In this document: positions 46,141 through 48,501 of the stretch, one piece after another
Layout of the letters: every line of letters starts with the position of its first letter
Position numbering within the stretch: position 1 is the stretch's first letter
NCBI GenBank assembly: GCA_041613315.1
Contig: JBFJHJ010000025.1
Location: forward strand, 1-48,501
Length of the DNA stretch: 48,501 bases
From: Gemmatimonadales bacterium
GTDB lineage: Bacteria; Gemmatimonadota; Gemmatimonadetes; Gemmatimonadales; GWC2-71-9
Direction of reading: 5' to 3'
Notes under the pieces: generated by a model
The model's input: the letters and a program-made list of their open reading frames with translations, nothing else
Told to the model about the DNA's origin: nothing
Databases searched by the model: none
Translations under genes and position numbers: made by a program

Positions 46141-47049
46141 ATGGAGCGGCCGCGCCGCGACTGTAGCCTCACGCGCCCCGCCACGCTGGCCGTCGCCGTC
46201 GCCCTGTGGGCTGTGCTCCTCACGGTCGGTGCTCCCCACCCGGCCAGCGCCCAGCGCCTGAGCGGCCGGCTCCTGGACGTCGAAACCGACGAACCGATCA
46301 TCGCCGGCCTGGTCACGCTGCTCCAAGGAAGCGTCCTCGTCGTCACCGCCGTCACCGACGACGAAGGCTACTGGTTCCTCGAGGTTCCTGGGCCGGGGAG
46401 CTACTACGTCGAAGCGAAGCGCATCGGGTATCAGGCGTGGGTGGCGGGACCGCTCGAGGTCGAGCCGGACGACGACCTGAACTCGGTCTATCGCCTGCGG
46501 CGGATCCCGGTGATGTTGGACGCCGTAGAGGTGTCGGCGGCGGCGATGCGGCGGTATCTGGAGTTGACCGGGTTCTACGACCGGCAGCGAGGCGACTTCG
46601 GGCACTACATCACGCCGGCGGACATCGAGAAGCGTCAGGCCGCCACGGTCACCGACCTCTTGAGAGGTCTCCCCGGTGTCAATCTGGTGGCGATGTCCGA
46701 TGGTAGCGTGGGCCCGCGGTCCGTCCAGCTCCGCGGCAGCAACCTCTCACACGGCGGAGTCTGCCGGCCTCGGGTGTTCGTGGACGGGATCATGTACGCG
46801 CGCGGCGATTCACGCCCGAAGCGGCTGGATGATCCCCTTGATGTCGAGCAGGCGATCGACGAGCAGCTCCAGAGCATCGACGAGGGATTGAGCCTCGACG
46901 ACATCGGCCACCCCTCCACCATCGCCGCCATCGAGGTCTACCGCAGCTCCAGTCAGGTCCCGGTGCAGTTCGGCGGCACGAGCGTCGAGACCCAGTGCGG
47001 GGTCATCGTGATCTGGACCCGCACGGGGCGGATGCGCGGGGGGCAGTAG
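46141..47049 (+). CDS. Secreted CarboxypepD_reg plus TonB-plug domain protein without beta-barrel
   Basis: Signal peptide; TDDEG.W, KRIGY, LDAVEV; GFYDR, DIEKR, CRPRVFVDG, IAAIEVY, CGVIVIWTR, then stop. Confidence 0.85.
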   Translation: MERPRRDCSLTRPATLAVAVALWAVLLTVGAPHPASAQRLSGRLLDVETDEPIIAGLVTLLQGSVLVVTAVTDDEGYWFLEVPGPGSYYVEAKRIGYQAWVAGPLEVEPDDDLNSVYRLRRIPVMLDAVEVSAAAMRRYLELTGFYDRQRGDFGHYITPADIEKRQAATVTDLLRGLPGVNLVAMSDGSVGPRSVQLRGSNLSHGGVCRPRVFVDGIMYARGDSRPKRLDDPLDVEQAIDEQLQSIDEGLSLDDIGHPSTIAAIEVYRSSSQVPVQFGGTSVETQCGVIVIWTRTGRMRGGQ

Positions 47050-47088
47050 CCGATCGGCGCCGCCGGCGACCGTCCACCCATCGCCAAC

Positions 47089-48288
47089 TCAAAGGGACCG
47101 CAAGAAGATCAACACGTATTGCTGCCGCAACCACGTGAGGCCGGCAAAGGCGTCCCGCGCGTCTTGCGCCTCTCCCCCATGCGCCAGGACCGCCTCCGCG
47201 AGATCGCCCGTGCGCCCATCGTGCAGATAGATGTCGCGGTGACGCAGCCCCATGAGCATCTCGGTCCGGACCTCCGCCGGCGACGCCGCGACGCCGCACA
47301 CGTCCGTCAAGGCCGGTCCCATGTCGTGCAGCAGGAGATCGGAGTACAGGTTCACCGTCTTGCGGTGCAGCGCGGGAACGTCACTTGGGCCGGTTCGGAG
47401 CGACGGCGTGTGACACTGCGCGCAACCCATGGCGTGGAACAGGCGTTCCCCGGCTGCCAGCGTGTCGCGATGGGCCGTGGACCTCGGCGTCGCCCGCCCC
47501 GGCGGGACGAGGAAACGGACGAACGCCGTGAGCAAGTCCAGCGTGCCCTGACCGACCTCGGGGTCGGGCGCGGGGTCCGTGCCCGGGGGCACGGGCACGC
47601 CGTTGATGGTTTCCTCTTCTGGGTTGCGGGGGGTGGTCAGCCCCATCTCGAACCGCAAGGCGCCGTCGATGAACTCTGTGACCGTCGCGAACTCGGCCTT
47701 GCGGCCGAATCGTGCTAGGCGGCCATCCGGGGTTCGCCCCGCCCGGCCCGAGATGCCGTCGCGGTCCAGATCGTCGGGGTCCTCCCGCGACAAGATGGTC
47801 TCGTCCGGGATCGCCTCGACCAGTCCCAATCCGAAGAGAAACGGCGGCAGGAACCGGCCGACCTCCGTGGCGCTCGGCGGAATCACCTCTCGCTCCACGC
47901 CGTGGGCTTTGAGGAGCGGGGTGGCCTGGCTCCTGATGTTCTCGCCGCCTTCGTGGCTCAGCGCGTCACAGGCTCCCGGTCCCTCGAAGCGCGTCGCCTT
48001 GACCACGCGCTCGAATCCCGTGGTGCCGCCGCTCGCCGGAACCGTGTGGCACGCGCTGCACTGGTTCTCGTTGAACAACGGCCCCAACCCCTCCTCGGGC
48101 GTGTACACCTTGTCGAACAACGCGAGCCCGGCCTGAAATTCGCCGAGTTGGGCTTCCGAGAGCCCGGGGAGCGGAGTCCCCGGCTCCCCGGACACCTGGT
48201 CGGAGCCCGATGCGCAGGCGGCGATCCCGCTCACCAACGACGCGAGGGCCAGGCGCCGGAGGCTCGCGCGATTGGATGCCGTCGTCAT
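47089..48288 (-). CDS. Di-heme oxidoreductase (DHOR) family lipoprotein
   Basis: IAAC lipobox; GLGPLFN..CSACH, FGLGLVEAI, DGISGR, RFGRKA, GCAQCH, YSDLLLHDMG, YLHDGR, HGGEA. Confidence 0.9.
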   Translation of the reverse strand: MTTASNRASLRRLALASLVSGIAACASGSDQVSGEPGTPLPGLSEAQLGEFQAGLALFDKVYTPEEGLGPLFNENQCSACHTVPASGGTTGFERVVKATRFEGPGACDALSHEGGENIRSQATPLLKAHGVEREVIPPSATEVGRFLPPFLFGLGLVEAIPDETILSREDPDDLDRDGISGRAGRTPDGRLARFGRKAEFATVTEFIDGALRFEMGLTTPRNPEEETINGVPVPPGTDPAPDPEVGQGTLDLLTAFVRFLVPPGRATPRSTAHRDTLAAGERLFHAMGCAQCHTPSLRTGPSDVPALHRKTVNLYSDLLLHDMGPALTDVCGVAASPAEVRTEMLMGLRHRDIYLHDGRTGDLAEAVLAHGGEAQDARDAFAGLTWLRQQYVLIFLRSL

Positions 48289-48501
48289 ATCCGCTTGAAT
48301 GTCGACTCGCAAAGCCATGACGGCCGAAGCCCTCGTGTGGGACGCTATTCCGTTCACGCCGCGCCGGCATGATACGCCGCGGCTTCCACGGCGGCAAGGC
48401 GGCAACACCGCGCTTGCGGGGATCGCGGTCCGTTCCCGATATTGTGGCATGATGGGAATCCCAACACGTGTCACGGGCAGAGGCATGTCGGTGCTCAGGC
48501 A

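Overview
High-GC bacterial chromosomal window. The gene mix (SusC/SusD pair, barrel-less plug protein, TPR Ser/Thr kinase, DUF5916) suggests Gemmatimonadota; this is an inference. Left to right: (1) an accessory, decaying region (1-4840) with a secreted HExxH metallopeptidase missed by the ORF track, its coupled lipoprotein, small promoterless-looking genes, a truncated DHFR-family gene and degenerate integron attC-like sites with no integrase; (2) a urate catabolism operon allB-alc-uraD-uraH-puuD; (3) a UvrD-like helicase with an inserted DEDDh exonuclease, near a stand-alone PolX N-terminal HhH protein; (4) aminopeptidase P, cysteine hydrolase, a secreted 'DP-motif' protein plus TPR kinase, DUF5916, a lipoprotein subtilase, an ABM-like gene and an Lrp/AsnC fragment; (5) a glycogen operon of glgP, glgA and three GH57 enzymes; (6) LemA pair, C39-like peptidase, secreted esterase, SusC/SusD, plug-only protein and a di-heme oxidoreductase. 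I saw no rRNA, tRNA, CRISPR array or intact transposase/integrase. Most long unannotated ORFs are antisense shadows caused by high GC. All family calls come from motif recognition by eye, not database searches.
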